Assembly (NCBI GenBank): GCA_964518475.1
Contig: CAZFGR010000005.1
Location: 39,415-103,414, forward strand
From: an uncultured Nitrososphaerota archaeon
GTDB taxonomy: Archaea; Asgardarchaeota; Njordarchaeia; Njordarchaeales; Njordarchaeaceae
Length of the DNA stretch: 64,000 nt
Direction of reading: 5' to 3'
Below the pieces are notes generated by a model, which saw only the letters and a list, made by a program, of their open reading frames with translations, was not told where the DNA came from and ran no database searches. Below, in pieces: positions 29,387-39,603 of this stretch. The translations under genes and the position numbers were made by a program. The first letter of the stretch is position 1; every line of letters starts with the position of its first letter.

Positions 29387-29851
29387 GTGTGTGATGGTTT
29401 TATGCAGAGGGAGTATCCAAGATATCCAATACCGGCCGTTGGTGCTGTAGCTATTTCTAATGGTAAGATTCTTTTGGTAAAGAGAGGAGTACCGCCTGGA
29501 AGAGGGTTCTGGAGTATCCCTGGAGGAGCTATAGAAGTAGGTGAGAGAATAGAAGACGCGGTTAAAAGAGAATTTAAAGAAGAAACTGGGTTAGAGTGCG
29601 AGGTTTTAGATCTCTGTCATATTGCTCAAGTGATTATCAAAGACAAGGATGGACGGGTAAAGTATCACTATATAATACTCGATTACCTTGTTAAAACAGA
29701 AGATTCTAAGGAACCATCACCAGGAGGAGACGTATTGGATGCCGAGTGGTTTGAACTTAAAGAAGTGCTTAAGCTGGAGTTAACAAAACCTACACGTGAG
29801 CTAATCAAAAAGTTATTGGGCATTAAAAATAAAGATTCACAGACACTTTAA
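29387..29851 (+). CDS. NUDIX hydrolase
   Basis: Nudix box GGAIEVGERIEDAVKREFKEETG. Confidence 0.93.
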   Translation: MCDGFMQREYPRYPIPAVGAVAISNGKILLVKRGVPPGRGFWSIPGGAIEVGERIEDAVKREFKEETGLECEVLDLCHIAQVIIKDKDGRVKYHYIILDYLVKTEDSKEPSPGGDVLDAEWFELKEVLKLELTKPTRELIKKLLGIKNKDSQTL

Positions 29852-29886
29852 GTCAGAAAAGAGCTAGAATTATGTTGTTGGGGAAT

Positions 29887-30282
29887 TTATTGACGATTCT
29901 GACAATGCCTTTCAATATTTCTTATAATCTTATCTAATAGATCCCTGATCTTTTTTAGGAGGTTCAAATTGTGTTTTAGAACCATGATGCCATCTTCTGT
30001 AATTAAGTACACTTTTCTCGCTGGGCCTGTTTCGGAAGATATCCACTCGCCTTTCACCAAGCCCATATCTTCGAATTCCCTTAAGATGCGGTAAACTATT
30101 GGATGAGGGATCTTAGAGCCAACTTTTTCCTCAAGTTCCTTCCAGATATCGTATCCGTGCATATTCTTCTCCATTAAGATATCGAGGATAATGAAGCCCA
30201 GAATGCGTCGAAGCACTATAGGGGATTTTAAAAAATTGCGAATATGCATTACTACACACCATTGTCTTGAAAAGATTATCAC
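29887..30282 (-). CDS. PadR-family transcriptional regulator
   Basis: MHGYDI...VYRILREFEDMGLV...GPARKVYLITEDG; true start may be ATG 30249. Confidence 0.9.
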   Translation of the reverse strand: MIIFSRQWCVVMHIRNFLKSPIVLRRILGFIILDILMEKNMHGYDIWKELEEKVGSKIPHPIVYRILREFEDMGLVKGEWISSETGPARKVYLITEDGIMVLKHNLNLLKKIRDLLDKIIRNIERHCQNRQ

Positions 30283-30331
30283 TATTAAAGGTTTTGGTTT
30301 AGTGATAGATGTTTCAAAGGATTAAATAAAC

Positions 30332-31837
30332 TCATATTGCTGGGTGCCACTCTTGCAGATACTGCTCAAGTACTCCTTGTTTTCTTAACCATTCTCCATA
30401 CTTTACAAGGGCTTTTGCTCCGAAAATAGCTCTTTCTGGTAATGGGTAGGCCGGTATGCCTGCATCGTCGAATTTTTTCCGAACCCAAACCGATACCTCA
30501 GCACTACCCACATCGATAACCAATGTGGGTTTTTGATAATCCTTAATCACATTAATCATTTTCCGAGGCATATCCTTAGATATCGTTGGAGGATGATGCA
30601 GAGCTAAAACGACGACAATATCGATGTTGGGATCTTCCAGTAATAATTGCGTAGCCACAACATAGGATTCATCTGTAGCACTACCACTTAGATCAATAGG
30701 ATTGGGAAAGGTAGCTATGGAGGGAATTACTCCTTCAGAAACATACTTCTTTAACTCCTCAACTGTTTGAGATGATAGTCTGGGAACTCTTAAACCAGCC
30801 CTTTCCGCAAAATCACTAACAAGGATCCCGGGTCCTCCACCATTTGTTACAACACCAACGTTACGTCCTTTCGCGGGTGGTTGTAAAGCAAGAGCCTTCG
30901 CCATATCAAGAAGCTCTAATAAATTCTTAGCAACTATTGCACCCATTTCTTTGAAAGCTGTTTCATATATCCTGTAATTACCAGCTAGGGACGCTGTATG
31001 ACTCATCGTAGCCCGAGCACCAGCCTCAGTAACTCCTCCCTTCAGCACTACTATGGGTTTCCTCTTAGAGAATTCGCGTCCGATCTCAACTAGTTTTTTG
31101 CCTCCTTTCTTTAATCCTTCTAGATACATCATCACTACTCTAGTTGTTTCATCATCCATTAGGTAGAGGAGCATTTCACTTTCATCAACATCTATCTTGT
31201 TGCCCCAGCTAATGAATTTGGAGATTCCTAGGTTTTCCCCGTACATATAATCAAGGACAGCGTCTCCTAAGGCTCCGCTCTGAGATAGGAATGTGATATA
31301 ACCAGCTCTTGGTCTCGGCATATTTATTTTTAGTCCCTCATCAGTCTCCTTCTTTTCTGGGATAAACAATGTATCGACTCCTGAGTAAGCATCGAATATT
31401 CCTAATCCATTAGGCCCAATGATTCTTATTCCGTACTCCCTGGCTATCTCAAGTACTTGTTTCTCAAGCTCAACATTACCTACTTCCGAGAAGCCACCAG
31501 AGATTATCGTTGCTACTTTAACGCCTTTTTCACCGCATTCTTTCATAATACTAGGCGTGAATTTAGCGGGGATCACTATTATAGCGTGCTCTACATCATC
31601 CGGAATGTCTAGAATCGTCTTATATAGTTTCTCACCGAACAACTCTCCCCCTTTAATATTCACTCCATACACGCGGGCCTTTAACTTTCCACTACGATAA
31701 TTCATCATCAGGTTATAGAAGATAACATTGCCTGGGCTGCCCTCTTTATGGGATGCTCCAATAACTGCTATAGATTTTGGCTCAAAAAATGGTCTTAATT
31801 GTTCCTTAATCTTCTCCTTCTCCGAGAGAATATCCAT
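30332..31837 (-). CDS. acdA: ADP-forming acyl-CoA synthetase alpha subunit
   Basis: PKSIAVIGAS, IGPNGLG, SQSGALG, SHTASLAG (phospho-His), TNGGGPG and NPIDL motifs. Confidence 0.92.
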   Translation of the reverse strand: MDILSEKEKIKEQLRPFFEPKSIAVIGASHKEGSPGNVIFYNLMMNYRSGKLKARVYGVNIKGGELFGEKLYKTILDIPDDVEHAIIVIPAKFTPSIMKECGEKGVKVATIISGGFSEVGNVELEKQVLEIAREYGIRIIGPNGLGIFDAYSGVDTLFIPEKKETDEGLKINMPRPRAGYITFLSQSGALGDAVLDYMYGENLGISKFISWGNKIDVDESEMLLYLMDDETTRVVMMYLEGLKKGGKKLVEIGREFSKRKPIVVLKGGVTEAGARATMSHTASLAGNYRIYETAFKEMGAIVAKNLLELLDMAKALALQPPAKGRNVGVVTNGGGPGILVSDFAERAGLRVPRLSSQTVEELKKYVSEGVIPSIATFPNPIDLSGSATDESYVVATQLLLEDPNIDIVVVLALHHPPTISKDMPRKMINVIKDYQKPTLVIDVGSAEVSVWVRKKFDDAGIPAYPLPERAIFGAKALVKYGEWLRKQGVLEQYLQEWHPAI

Positions 31838-31906
31838 TTGATAACACCCAGTAACTTCTGATGAAAAAACGTTTAATTTTTATTTTTTAAAGAAGTTTGA
31901 TTTTTC

Positions 31907-32818
31907 ATGCGTCTAGGTATTGTACCACTATACGAGATATCAGAGTTACGGGACATTATCTCCACTCCTAGCGGGATAGATTTTGCAAAATTTGACTATT
32001 CATATTTTGTTGAGAAAGGCATCAAACAAGGCTTTAGACACTTCGAAATAACTGGTGACATCTACTTTTTTATCCCAAACTCTTTCAACGAGGATATCCT
32101 GAAACGGCTAATAGATTTCTCCAAGAAATATGATGCTAGTTTTTCCGTACATCTACCGATATGGTCTATTGAGTTATCTAGTCCTAACAAGAAGATAAGG
32201 GAGGCATCCATTTCCGCATGTATCGAAACAATAAATGTTTTTGAAGATATAAAGCCAGTAACATATGTTGTGCATCCATTTGGCTCGCTCGCGGCGGAGT
32301 TTTCTAGGCTCAGATTAGAGAAGGGCATAAAGGATATCGTATTGAGATTTTTCCAACTCTTTGCTCGTGAAAGTCTAGAAAAAATCATAAGCGAAACTGG
32401 GATAGATCCTAGGAGACTGGCCATCGAGACAATAGAATTTCCTTGGGAACTAACATTTGAGTTAGTGGAGGCATTTAATACAACGATCTGTTTCGATACG
32501 GGGCATACGCTTTCTGGCCAACCTGGTGATATTGACCTCATGGAATTCTTATCAAAGTATTTCAACAAGATATCCGAGATTCATCTTCATGACGCTCTGC
32601 CTCGAAAATCTCCTAACGACTTCACTTATATAGATCATCTTCCTCTGGGTGAGGGGAAGTTACCTTTCTGTAAAATTTTAGAATACTTAATGGTTAACTC
32701 CTTCCAGGGACCCGTGGTCTTTGAGTTAAGCTATAGGGATGTAGAGAAATCTCTCGAAGCTATAAAATCTCGCTGTAGAATAGACCTAACATCAATTGGT
32801 TTTGAGGGGATAATATAA
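31907..32818 (+). CDS. Xylose-isomerase-like TIM-barrel metalloenzyme (AP endonuclease 2 / CbiR-like)
   Basis: SVHLP, VVHP, IETIE, CFDTGH, EIHLHD, DHLPLG and VFEL metal-ligand pattern. Confidence 0.8.
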   Translation: MRLGIVPLYEISELRDIISTPSGIDFAKFDYSYFVEKGIKQGFRHFEITGDIYFFIPNSFNEDILKRLIDFSKKYDASFSVHLPIWSIELSSPNKKIREASISACIETINVFEDIKPVTYVVHPFGSLAAEFSRLRLEKGIKDIVLRFFQLFARESLEKIISETGIDPRRLAIETIEFPWELTFELVEAFNTTICFDTGHTLSGQPGDIDLMEFLSKYFNKISEIHLHDALPRKSPNDFTYIDHLPLGEGKLPFCKILEYLMVNSFQGPVVFELSYRDVEKSLEAIKSRCRIDLTSIGFEGII

Positions 32819-34128
32819 TGGTTGAAGACTTCGAGCCTCTGCCAAGGATTGATAAGATTTTTTACGGAATGGGTAGATTTGGATCCACCACATTATTGAC
32901 ACTCATATCCCTAGCAACATTTTACCTTTACAAGGAAATTTTTGAATTAAGCGATGTTCTGAACGGCTATGCAAATGCTATCGGGAAATTAGCTATAATG
33001 ATATCAAGCATTGTAATGGGATACTTAAGTGATAAAACAAGACATCCAAGACTAGGCAGGAGAAAACCCTTCATAATATCTGGCTCGATACTGCTAGCAA
33101 TATCTTTCTCATTTCTATTCTTCCCAAATCTCTTCATAGATGTCAAAAATCAACTCATGTTATTCGCATACGAGGCCTTCTGGCTTGCAGCATTTAATTT
33201 CTTCTACGGATATCTATTAACACCCTACCAAGCTTGGCTACCCGAGATAACTAGACCAGAAGAACGTGCTGAAGTATCTGGTTACGAAAATCTCTTTAAT
33301 GTATTAGGAAACATTGTGGGGACTGGCGGTAGTTTCGCTATACCAATTGTGGCAAAGAACGCACCGAATATCCTATATAATTTCGTTATAATAGTCTCTA
33401 TAATAGAGATATTCTTCTACATACCTTCTGTGATTAGAATTAAGGAACCCAAAATATCTCTTTATCAGCCAAAATTCCTTAGTGAGCTAAGTATTGTGAT
33501 CAAGGATAGAAACTTTATCAATTGGATAATCTCTAGAGGAATTATGTCGATGGGACATACGATAATGTTAACGGTTTTACTGGGATTCTTAAGCGAGTTT
33601 TTAAAACTAACGGATATAAAATACTTGGGTACCGCCCTATTCCTTATGGTTCTTATAATGATTTCCTTCGCAGTATGGGTCAAACTGAGTAGGAAAAAGG
33701 GCATGATTAAGAGACTACTTATAATCGGAAACATTCTGATGATAGTGGCGCTGTTTTCAATAATTACTCTCGCACCTCAATACGATTTAGTCTTAAAACA
33801 ACAAATAGCTCTGGTATATCTGACTCTTGGGGCGTTTGGATTAGCAGCATACTGGATTCTAAACTATGTAATTTTAGCAAACATAATTGATGCAAATGCT
33901 AAGGTCACAGGAGTGTCTAGAGCGGGGACTTATACTGGGTTTGATGGAATAGTACTAAATATTTTCCAAGCGAGTGGATACGTGATAGTCGGCTATATTT
34001 TTGCATTATTCGGAGATTATTATGGCTACGTTTACTGGGGTCCAATATCAGCAGTACTAATCTTACTGGGTACAATCTATTTCTATCTCTTCGTTAATCC
34101 AGAACCTGAAGTCATCTATGAACAATAA
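32818..34128 (+). CDS. MFS transporter (GPH/MelB-like)
   Basis: GYLSDKTRHPRLGRRKPF, PYQAWLPEI and RAGTYTG motifs; about 12 TMs. Confidence 0.9.
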   Translation: MVEDFEPLPRIDKIFYGMGRFGSTTLLTLISLATFYLYKEIFELSDVLNGYANAIGKLAIMISSIVMGYLSDKTRHPRLGRRKPFIISGSILLAISFSFLFFPNLFIDVKNQLMLFAYEAFWLAAFNFFYGYLLTPYQAWLPEITRPEERAEVSGYENLFNVLGNIVGTGGSFAIPIVAKNAPNILYNFVIIVSIIEIFFYIPSVIRIKEPKISLYQPKFLSELSIVIKDRNFINWIISRGIMSMGHTIMLTVLLGFLSEFLKLTDIKYLGTALFLMVLIMISFAVWVKLSRKKGMIKRLLIIGNILMIVALFSIITLAPQYDLVLKQQIALVYLTLGAFGLAAYWILNYVILANIIDANAKVTGVSRAGTYTGFDGIVLNIFQASGYVIVGYIFALFGDYYGYVYWGPISAVLILLGTIYFYLFVNPEPEVIYEQ

Positions 34129-34186
34129 TTTCTCTCATTTTTATTTTTTAATTAATGTTAATTAAAGAAATTGAGAAGTTTAATGG

Positions 34187-35149
34187 TTAGATTTTTCCAG
34201 CGATTACTTGGGAGATATCGTGGATTTTTATATCTGGGGGAGCGTATCTACCTAAATTCGCGATGCAGATTGGGCAGAGAGTGATTATGTTCTTAGAGTA
34301 TTGAGAGAGTTCCGTTAGACGTGCTGTAGCGATCTTCTTTGACATTGAGGGATATATCGATTCGATAGGCCCTCCGCAACAAAACGTGTGGATTTTATTA
34401 TGTTTTGGTTCGATTATCTCAACCCCCAGTTTTCGTAGAATTTCTCTGGGTTCCTCTATAATGCCGAGTTCTCTAGCGTAGAGGCAGGGATCGTGGATAG
34501 TTACTGTAAGCTTTTTAGAAGTTTCTTCTCCATCGAGTCTGTTGCTTAGAATTTCTAGATAAGAAACAACTTCAATATCGAACTCATCTACGAACTCGGG
34601 ATAGACTTTTCTTAGGACATAAGTAGTATGGGGATCTAGGGTAATTACCTTTCTTACACCATGTTTCCTAAATATACCAGTAACTTTCAAAGCATGTTCT
34701 CTAAAATAATTATCAAGACCCAAATCAAATAAGAGAGCTCCAGAGTAAATATCTTCTTCATAGAGAGAGCCAAAGTTAATTCCCATCTTAAGTAACGTTT
34801 GAGCGATTATTTTAGGTATCTCGGTGAAGTATTTTATTTCATTATGGTTGGGGCGAGCAATTATGGTTGAAAACGAGCTTAGCGATGGAAGTTTTCCCAA
34901 GAGTTTAAGACCCAGTCTTAAAAACTTCGAGTTCTCAGCAGTTTCTAACCAATGAGCCATCGCGTTTATGTATGGAACCAACTGATAGAGGCAAGATGTG
35001 TACAGGATAGTTTCCCCGCCCTTGGGTAGCTCAAGTTCCTCAGCCCACTTATAGCAAATATCTTTCTTTACTGGGAACGGAAAACCTCTATTCCTTATAT
35101 TATTTACAAGTAATTCAAATACGGGTTCTAGGGGTAACATATTAATCAC
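34187..35149 (-). CDS. CCG-domain Fe-S oxidoreductase subunit (GlcF-like)
   Basis: HDPCLYAR, CCGG and CPIC motifs. Confidence 0.88.
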   Translation of the reverse strand: MINMLPLEPVFELLVNNIRNRGFPFPVKKDICYKWAEELELPKGGETILYTSCLYQLVPYINAMAHWLETAENSKFLRLGLKLLGKLPSLSSFSTIIARPNHNEIKYFTEIPKIIAQTLLKMGINFGSLYEEDIYSGALLFDLGLDNYFREHALKVTGIFRKHGVRKVITLDPHTTYVLRKVYPEFVDEFDIEVVSYLEILSNRLDGEETSKKLTVTIHDPCLYARELGIIEEPREILRKLGVEIIEPKHNKIHTFCCGGPIESIYPSMSKKIATARLTELSQYSKNIITLCPICIANLGRYAPPDIKIHDISQVIAGKI

Positions 35150-35511
35150 TTCCGAGAAACCATTGGTACATATTTAGCGACTTCTTCACTAACCTTTATT
35201 TTGCCATGAATAAGTAATGCTCTGAACAATCTAACAGCCATAGCAACATCTATTTTAGCTGGACAGTGAAGGGTACAAGCTCCACATTCTAAACACGTGA
35301 AAATTCCTCGAACGCTCTCAGGTGTTACTATTTTCTCCCTTAACGCTAAAAGTATTGCGTTAACTCTTCCTCGGGGGCCATACTGGCGGCGAAAGTCACC
35401 GTATTTAAGGGTGGGGCATGCATATTCGCAGAAACCACAGAATGCGCATTTTACAAGCTCTCTATAAATAAGTTTTTCAGCATTCTCTACCTTAGTGACT
35501 GTTAGTATCAT
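35146..35511 (-). CDS. 4Fe-4S dicluster protein (GlcF N-terminal-like)
   Basis: CAFCGFCEYACP and CLECGACTLHCP; PRGR motif. Confidence 0.92.
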   Translation of the reverse strand: MILTVTKVENAEKLIYRELVKCAFCGFCEYACPTLKYGDFRRQYGPRGRVNAILLALREKIVTPESVRGIFTCLECGACTLHCPAKIDVAMAVRLFRALLIHGKIKVSEEVAKYVPMVSRK

Positions 35512-35529
35512 TGCATCATCACCAAAGAT

Positions 35530-36957
35530 CTATATGACTTTTCCTGGATTAAGCAGATTCTTTGGATCAAAGACTTTCTTTATCTGACGCATCAATTCTA
35601 GAGCTTTTAGAGATTTTTTGCGCTCAAACTCCATCCGCAGACCTTCTTTCTTAAGTTTCCCGATTCCATGCTCAGCACTTATCGTTCCATCCAAATCCAA
35701 TGCTACTTCCATGATTTCGTAGAACATTTCCCACATCTTCTTCCTTGCTTCTTCATCACTGGCATCGACCCAAGTTGTGGGATGCAAGTTTCCATCGCCT
35801 ACATGACCAAATATTACTAAGGGCAAGCCATATTTCTGTTCTAGTTTTCTGAGTCTTTTTACAGCTTCTGGGAGTTTAGATGGTGGAACTGCGATATCCT
35901 CTATAACCACGAGGGGCTTTGATTCTTCGCCCTTCACGGATTGAGCCGCTAATTGTATTGCTGATGGATAGCAAGCTCTTCTAAGATCGAATAATCTGAG
36001 CTTTTCAGCCTCTTCTAGAGAATGCGCAACCAATACTTGAGATGCACCCGCATTCTTCATGCTTTCCTCTATTATTTTAGCATATTTTTCAGCAGCTTCT
36101 ACTGGTCCGTCAATACTAATAAGAACCATCTGACCCTCTGCTTCCCAGTCGAGATTTAGACCCTCTTTTCCTACTTTTACAGTTTTTTCATCGAGAAACT
36201 CCGCAGCATAAGGCGTTATTCTCGCCTTCTTTATACTAACTACAGCATTCATAGCTTGTTCTAAAGTCTCGAAGAATCCCACACCAGTAACTATATTCTC
36301 GGGTATAGGACTTATCTTTAAAGTCGCTTCCGTAACAACCGCTAATGTTCCTTCGCTTCCAACAATTAACCTAACTAAGTCATAGCCTTGGCGACATTTC
36401 GTTGTTTTGCAACCAATTCTTAAAATAGTTCCTTCCGAATCAGGAAGAACGATTTCTAGCCCCATTACCCATTCCTTCATTGTTCCATACTTAGCGCCTC
36501 TCATTCCTCCAGCACCAGTATTTATTATTCCTCCCACGGTTGCTGATTTCTCGGACGCTGGATCTACGGGGAACATGTATTTCTCTTTTGCTAAGAAATC
36601 GTTAAGTTCAATAGTGCGCACTCCTGGTTCTGCTATGATGTAACTATCAACAATACTGTACTCCTTTATCTTGTTCATCCGGTCGAAGGCTAAGATTATT
36701 CCTTGAGCCTCAGGGGTTGTAGCACCTGCGAGATCAGTAGCGGCTCCTTGGGGATAAATCTTTAGATCGTTCGTATAAGCATACCTCATAATCTCGGATA
36801 CTTCTTCGGTAGTCTGGGGAAATACTACAGCAAGAGCAACAGATTCAAGACCAGAAGCTTCCTTAGAATATAGCCTTATAGCTAATTCATCAGTTTCCAC
36901 ATATTCCGAACCTACAATACCTTTTAAGTCTTTAATTATTTTTTCATTTCTTTTCAT
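35530..36957 (-). CDS. FAD-linked oxidase, GlcD/D-lactate dehydrogenase family
   Basis: PVDPAS..ATVGG, GSEGTL, GHVGDGNLH, SAEHGIG and FDPKNLLNPGK motifs. Confidence 0.93.
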   Translation of the reverse strand: MKRNEKIIKDLKGIVGSEYVETDELAIRLYSKEASGLESVALAVVFPQTTEEVSEIMRYAYTNDLKIYPQGAATDLAGATTPEAQGIILAFDRMNKIKEYSIVDSYIIAEPGVRTIELNDFLAKEKYMFPVDPASEKSATVGGIINTGAGGMRGAKYGTMKEWVMGLEIVLPDSEGTILRIGCKTTKCRQGYDLVRLIVGSEGTLAVVTEATLKISPIPENIVTGVGFFETLEQAMNAVVSIKKARITPYAAEFLDEKTVKVGKEGLNLDWEAEGQMVLISIDGPVEAAEKYAKIIEESMKNAGASQVLVAHSLEEAEKLRLFDLRRACYPSAIQLAAQSVKGEESKPLVVIEDIAVPPSKLPEAVKRLRKLEQKYGLPLVIFGHVGDGNLHPTTWVDASDEEARKKMWEMFYEIMEVALDLDGTISAEHGIGKLKKEGLRMEFERKKSLKALELMRQIKKVFDPKNLLNPGKVI

Positions 36958-37047
36958 TTAGACGCCCACCAAATTAGTCAGAACATTAATAACCGTATAT
37001 GTCGAATAAATGCTTTACATATTGATTATCAAAAGTTCTTCTCGATA

Positions 37048-37368
37048 GTGATTAATATGGATAAACTTGTTCGTGATAGGATTCCAGAACTAATGAATCA
37101 GGAAGGAAAATCATTTACTATAAAAAAGGTAAAAGGCCGGGAGTTGCTCCATTATCTGTTCAAAAAATTACTAGAAGAAGTAAATGAACTGATAAAGGAG
37201 CAGAATCCCGAGGAAATAGCTGATATACTAGAGGTTCTAGAAACCATTTGTAGGGTTAAGGGATGGAAATGGGAAGATATCCTAGTTATAAAGGATAAGA
37301 AGCAACGTGAGCGAGGAGGCTTTGAGAAGGGTATCGTTATTAGTGAAGTAGAATTAAGAGAAGAATGA
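37048..37368 (+). CDS. All-alpha NTP pyrophosphohydrolase (MazG/PRA-PH-like)
   Basis: KLVRDRIPE, KLLEEVNE, EEIADILEV and RGGF motifs. Confidence 0.88.
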   Translation: MINMDKLVRDRIPELMNQEGKSFTIKKVKGRELLHYLFKKLLEEVNELIKEQNPEEIADILEVLETICRVKGWKWEDILVIKDKKQRERGGFEKGIVISEVELREE

Positions 37369-38047
37369 GCGAGGCTTTGATAATGAGCTGTAAGACTCCA
37401 TATACCGTGACACTGTAATCATAAATATTAGTTCTCTTCGGAGCGAAACCATAGAACTTAGCTAGCAATGCTTCAGCAAGAGCGTGTCCTCGCTTTATTG
37501 TTGATAATATTATGACAGCTAATGCTTTAGATATTCCCCTCGGAAATGGCCGTGCCGTAGCTATCTCTTTCCTGAGTGTTAGAGCTTCTAAGGTCTGCTG
37601 AATATCTCTAGCAACATAAGGAATTACCTTAAAGGAAAGTTCTGGGATAATAACAAGTTTTAAAGGAAAACCTAGCTTTTCCAGAGCCATGGAGAATTCA
37701 GAAGGTGATGTTGTGGCTGCAAAAATAGCTACGGCCCAAGAAACCCCAATGATCCTAAAGACTATCTCTAAGGCTCTATAGACGTTATAAAGTATTGTTG
37801 CGAAGAAACCTATCAATGCGATGGGTAGTAGAAGCGCTCTAATTGTTCTGTAGAGTGTGTCTAGTGCGCGTGACAAAGAAGCCTCTATAATATCTATTAC
37901 TAAAATAATGGTGAGTAGTTCTAAGTTGGAAAAGGTAGCAGCGATGAAGAGTATTACTAGTCCCAAAAATTTTAGAAGAGGATGTGTCCTGTGAACAATA
38001 GTCTCTCTCCTTATTAGCGAGAATGCATAATAGAGTTCTCTAAACAT
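37340..38047 (-). CDS. ECF transporter T component
   Basis: HRTHPLLKF and ATTSPSEFSMALEKL motifs; coupling-helix region. Confidence 0.85.
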   Translation of the reverse strand: MFRELYYAFSLIRRETIVHRTHPLLKFLGLVILFIAATFSNLELLTIILVIDIIEASLSRALDTLYRTIRALLLPIALIGFFATILYNVYRALEIVFRIIGVSWAVAIFAATTSPSEFSMALEKLGFPLKLVIIPELSFKVIPYVARDIQQTLEALTLRKEIATARPFPRGISKALAVIILSTIKRGHALAEALLAKFYGFAPKRTNIYDYSVTVYGVLQLIIKASLILLLILLH

Positions 38048-38816
38048 TTCTCGTCACCATGTTTCTCAGGTGATCCGCTAGGTCTTCGGGCGTAACAATG
38101 TTCTCTAGCCCTACTATTTTACAGAACTCAACAATCTCGGATAAACCCACAATCTCCTCGAATATTTCGCTGTAAAGGACTTTCTGGGGACTACCCGAGA
38201 GCATTAATTGTCCATTGTTTAATAACAATATATTATCGCATCTCGGCACAAGTCGTAGATCATTCGTCGCTACTAGAATGATTTTTTCACGACCCATCTC
38301 ATTTATGATTCGTATCAGTGCATTTCTGAACACTTTATCGAGCCCTACCGTAGGCTCGTCCATGAGGATTACTTCTGCATCAGAGGCTAGAGCAGAAGCT
38401 ATGGCCAGTACTCGATGTTCTCCCTCGCTTAAGTGATAGATTCTTTTTTTAGCAAGGTGACTTATGTGGAAAATATCTAGTATTTCCTTCACTGTATATC
38501 TGCTGTTGAAAGAAGCAATAATTCTTTCAATATCTTTCTCAACTGTCGGCCCAACTGTAAAAACTTTCGGGTTAGAAGGTACGTAGATTAGCTTCCCTAT
38601 ATTATCAGCGTAAGAGTTTATTTTCTTGCCTAGTACCTCAACGTAACCCCTTTGAGGTTTATAGAATCCCGCAATAATTCTCAATAAGGTTGTTTTCCCC
38701 GAACCATTTGGACCCACTAACATGTTTACTCCATAAGGAATCTCCGTGGTTAGATCCCTGATGCACCACTCCTCACTTCGTGGATACCTATACCATACGT
38801 TTCTTAATCGAATCAT
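38040..38816 (-). CDS. ECF ATPase (EcfA-type, degenerate)
   Basis: GPNGSGKT, LSEGE, MDEPTVGLD; H-loop reads TND. Confidence 0.85.
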   Translation of the reverse strand: MIRLRNVWYRYPRSEEWCIRDLTTEIPYGVNMLVGPNGSGKTTLLRIIAGFYKPQRGYVEVLGKKINSYADNIGKLIYVPSNPKVFTVGPTVEKDIERIIASFNSRYTVKEILDIFHISHLAKKRIYHLSEGEHRVLAIASALASDAEVILMDEPTVGLDKVFRNALIRIINEMGREKIILVATNDLRLVPRCDNILLLNNGQLMLSGSPQKVLYSEIFEEIVGLSEIVEFCKIVGLENIVTPEDLADHLRNMVTRNV

Positions 38817-39603
38817 AGTACTTCACCGCCTCATCAACCGTGAGTGGTGGATTATCAAAACCGGCTAGAAGGAATGATTCAGAGATCTCTGGGACATCAA
38901 CATCTCGCAAATAATGTATTACGTCGTGTGGTTTTCCTTCACATACTTTTTTTCCATTCTTAAGAACCAGAACCTTATCAGCTAAGGGAAGTACCTCATC
39001 CAGATGATGCTCGAAAACAAGAACAATTTTATCATTCTCAACAATTTTTCTGAGTAGTATCGATACAGACTTAGCAGTCAACTTATCAAGTCTCGCAAGA
39101 GGCTCATCAAGTACCAAGACTTTAGGGTCGATAGCTAACGCTGAGGCTAGAGATACTTTCTGAAGCTGACCCGCACTCAACTCTGTGATCAATTTATTTA
39201 GTAAGTTATCTATTCTCAACATGCGTGATATTTCATGTACACGTTTTAGAATAAGATCCTTTGGGTACCCCAGATTAATGAGTGGGAGCGCAATTTCTTC
39301 AAAAACGGTCAGTGATGTTGTGAACATCTCGGGATCTTGACCAACGAAACTCACAAGCCCTAATAAAGCCTTTATTCCCTCCTTCACTGGATTTTTACCA
39401 AATATAAGCACTTCTCCGAGAACATCAGCTTTGTAGAAAAAAGGTATAAAACCAGCAATAGTATGAGCTAGTGTTGTTTTCCCACTCCCACTAGGTCCAG
39501 CAATTAACACTAATTCTCCAGGTCTAGCTGTGAAAGAAATATTTTTAAGGGCGTAGTCGCTTGCCCCCCAGTATCTAACGCTGAGATTCTTCACTACCAA
39601 CAC
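38788..39603 (-). CDS. ECF ATPase (EcfA-type)
   Basis: GPSGSGKT, QDP, LSAGQ, LDEP and EHH motifs. Confidence 0.9.
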   Translation of the reverse strand: MLVVKNLSVRYWGASDYALKNISFTARPGELVLIAGPSGSGKTTLAHTIAGFIPFFYKADVLGEVLIFGKNPVKEGIKALLGLVSFVGQDPEMFTTSLTVFEEIALPLINLGYPKDLILKRVHEISRMLRIDNLLNKLITELSAGQLQKVSLASALAIDPKVLVLDEPLARLDKLTAKSVSILLRKIVENDKIVLVFEHHLDEVLPLADKVLVLKNGKKVCEGKPHDVIHYLRDVDVPEISESFLLAGFDNPPLTVDEAVKYYDSIKKRMV

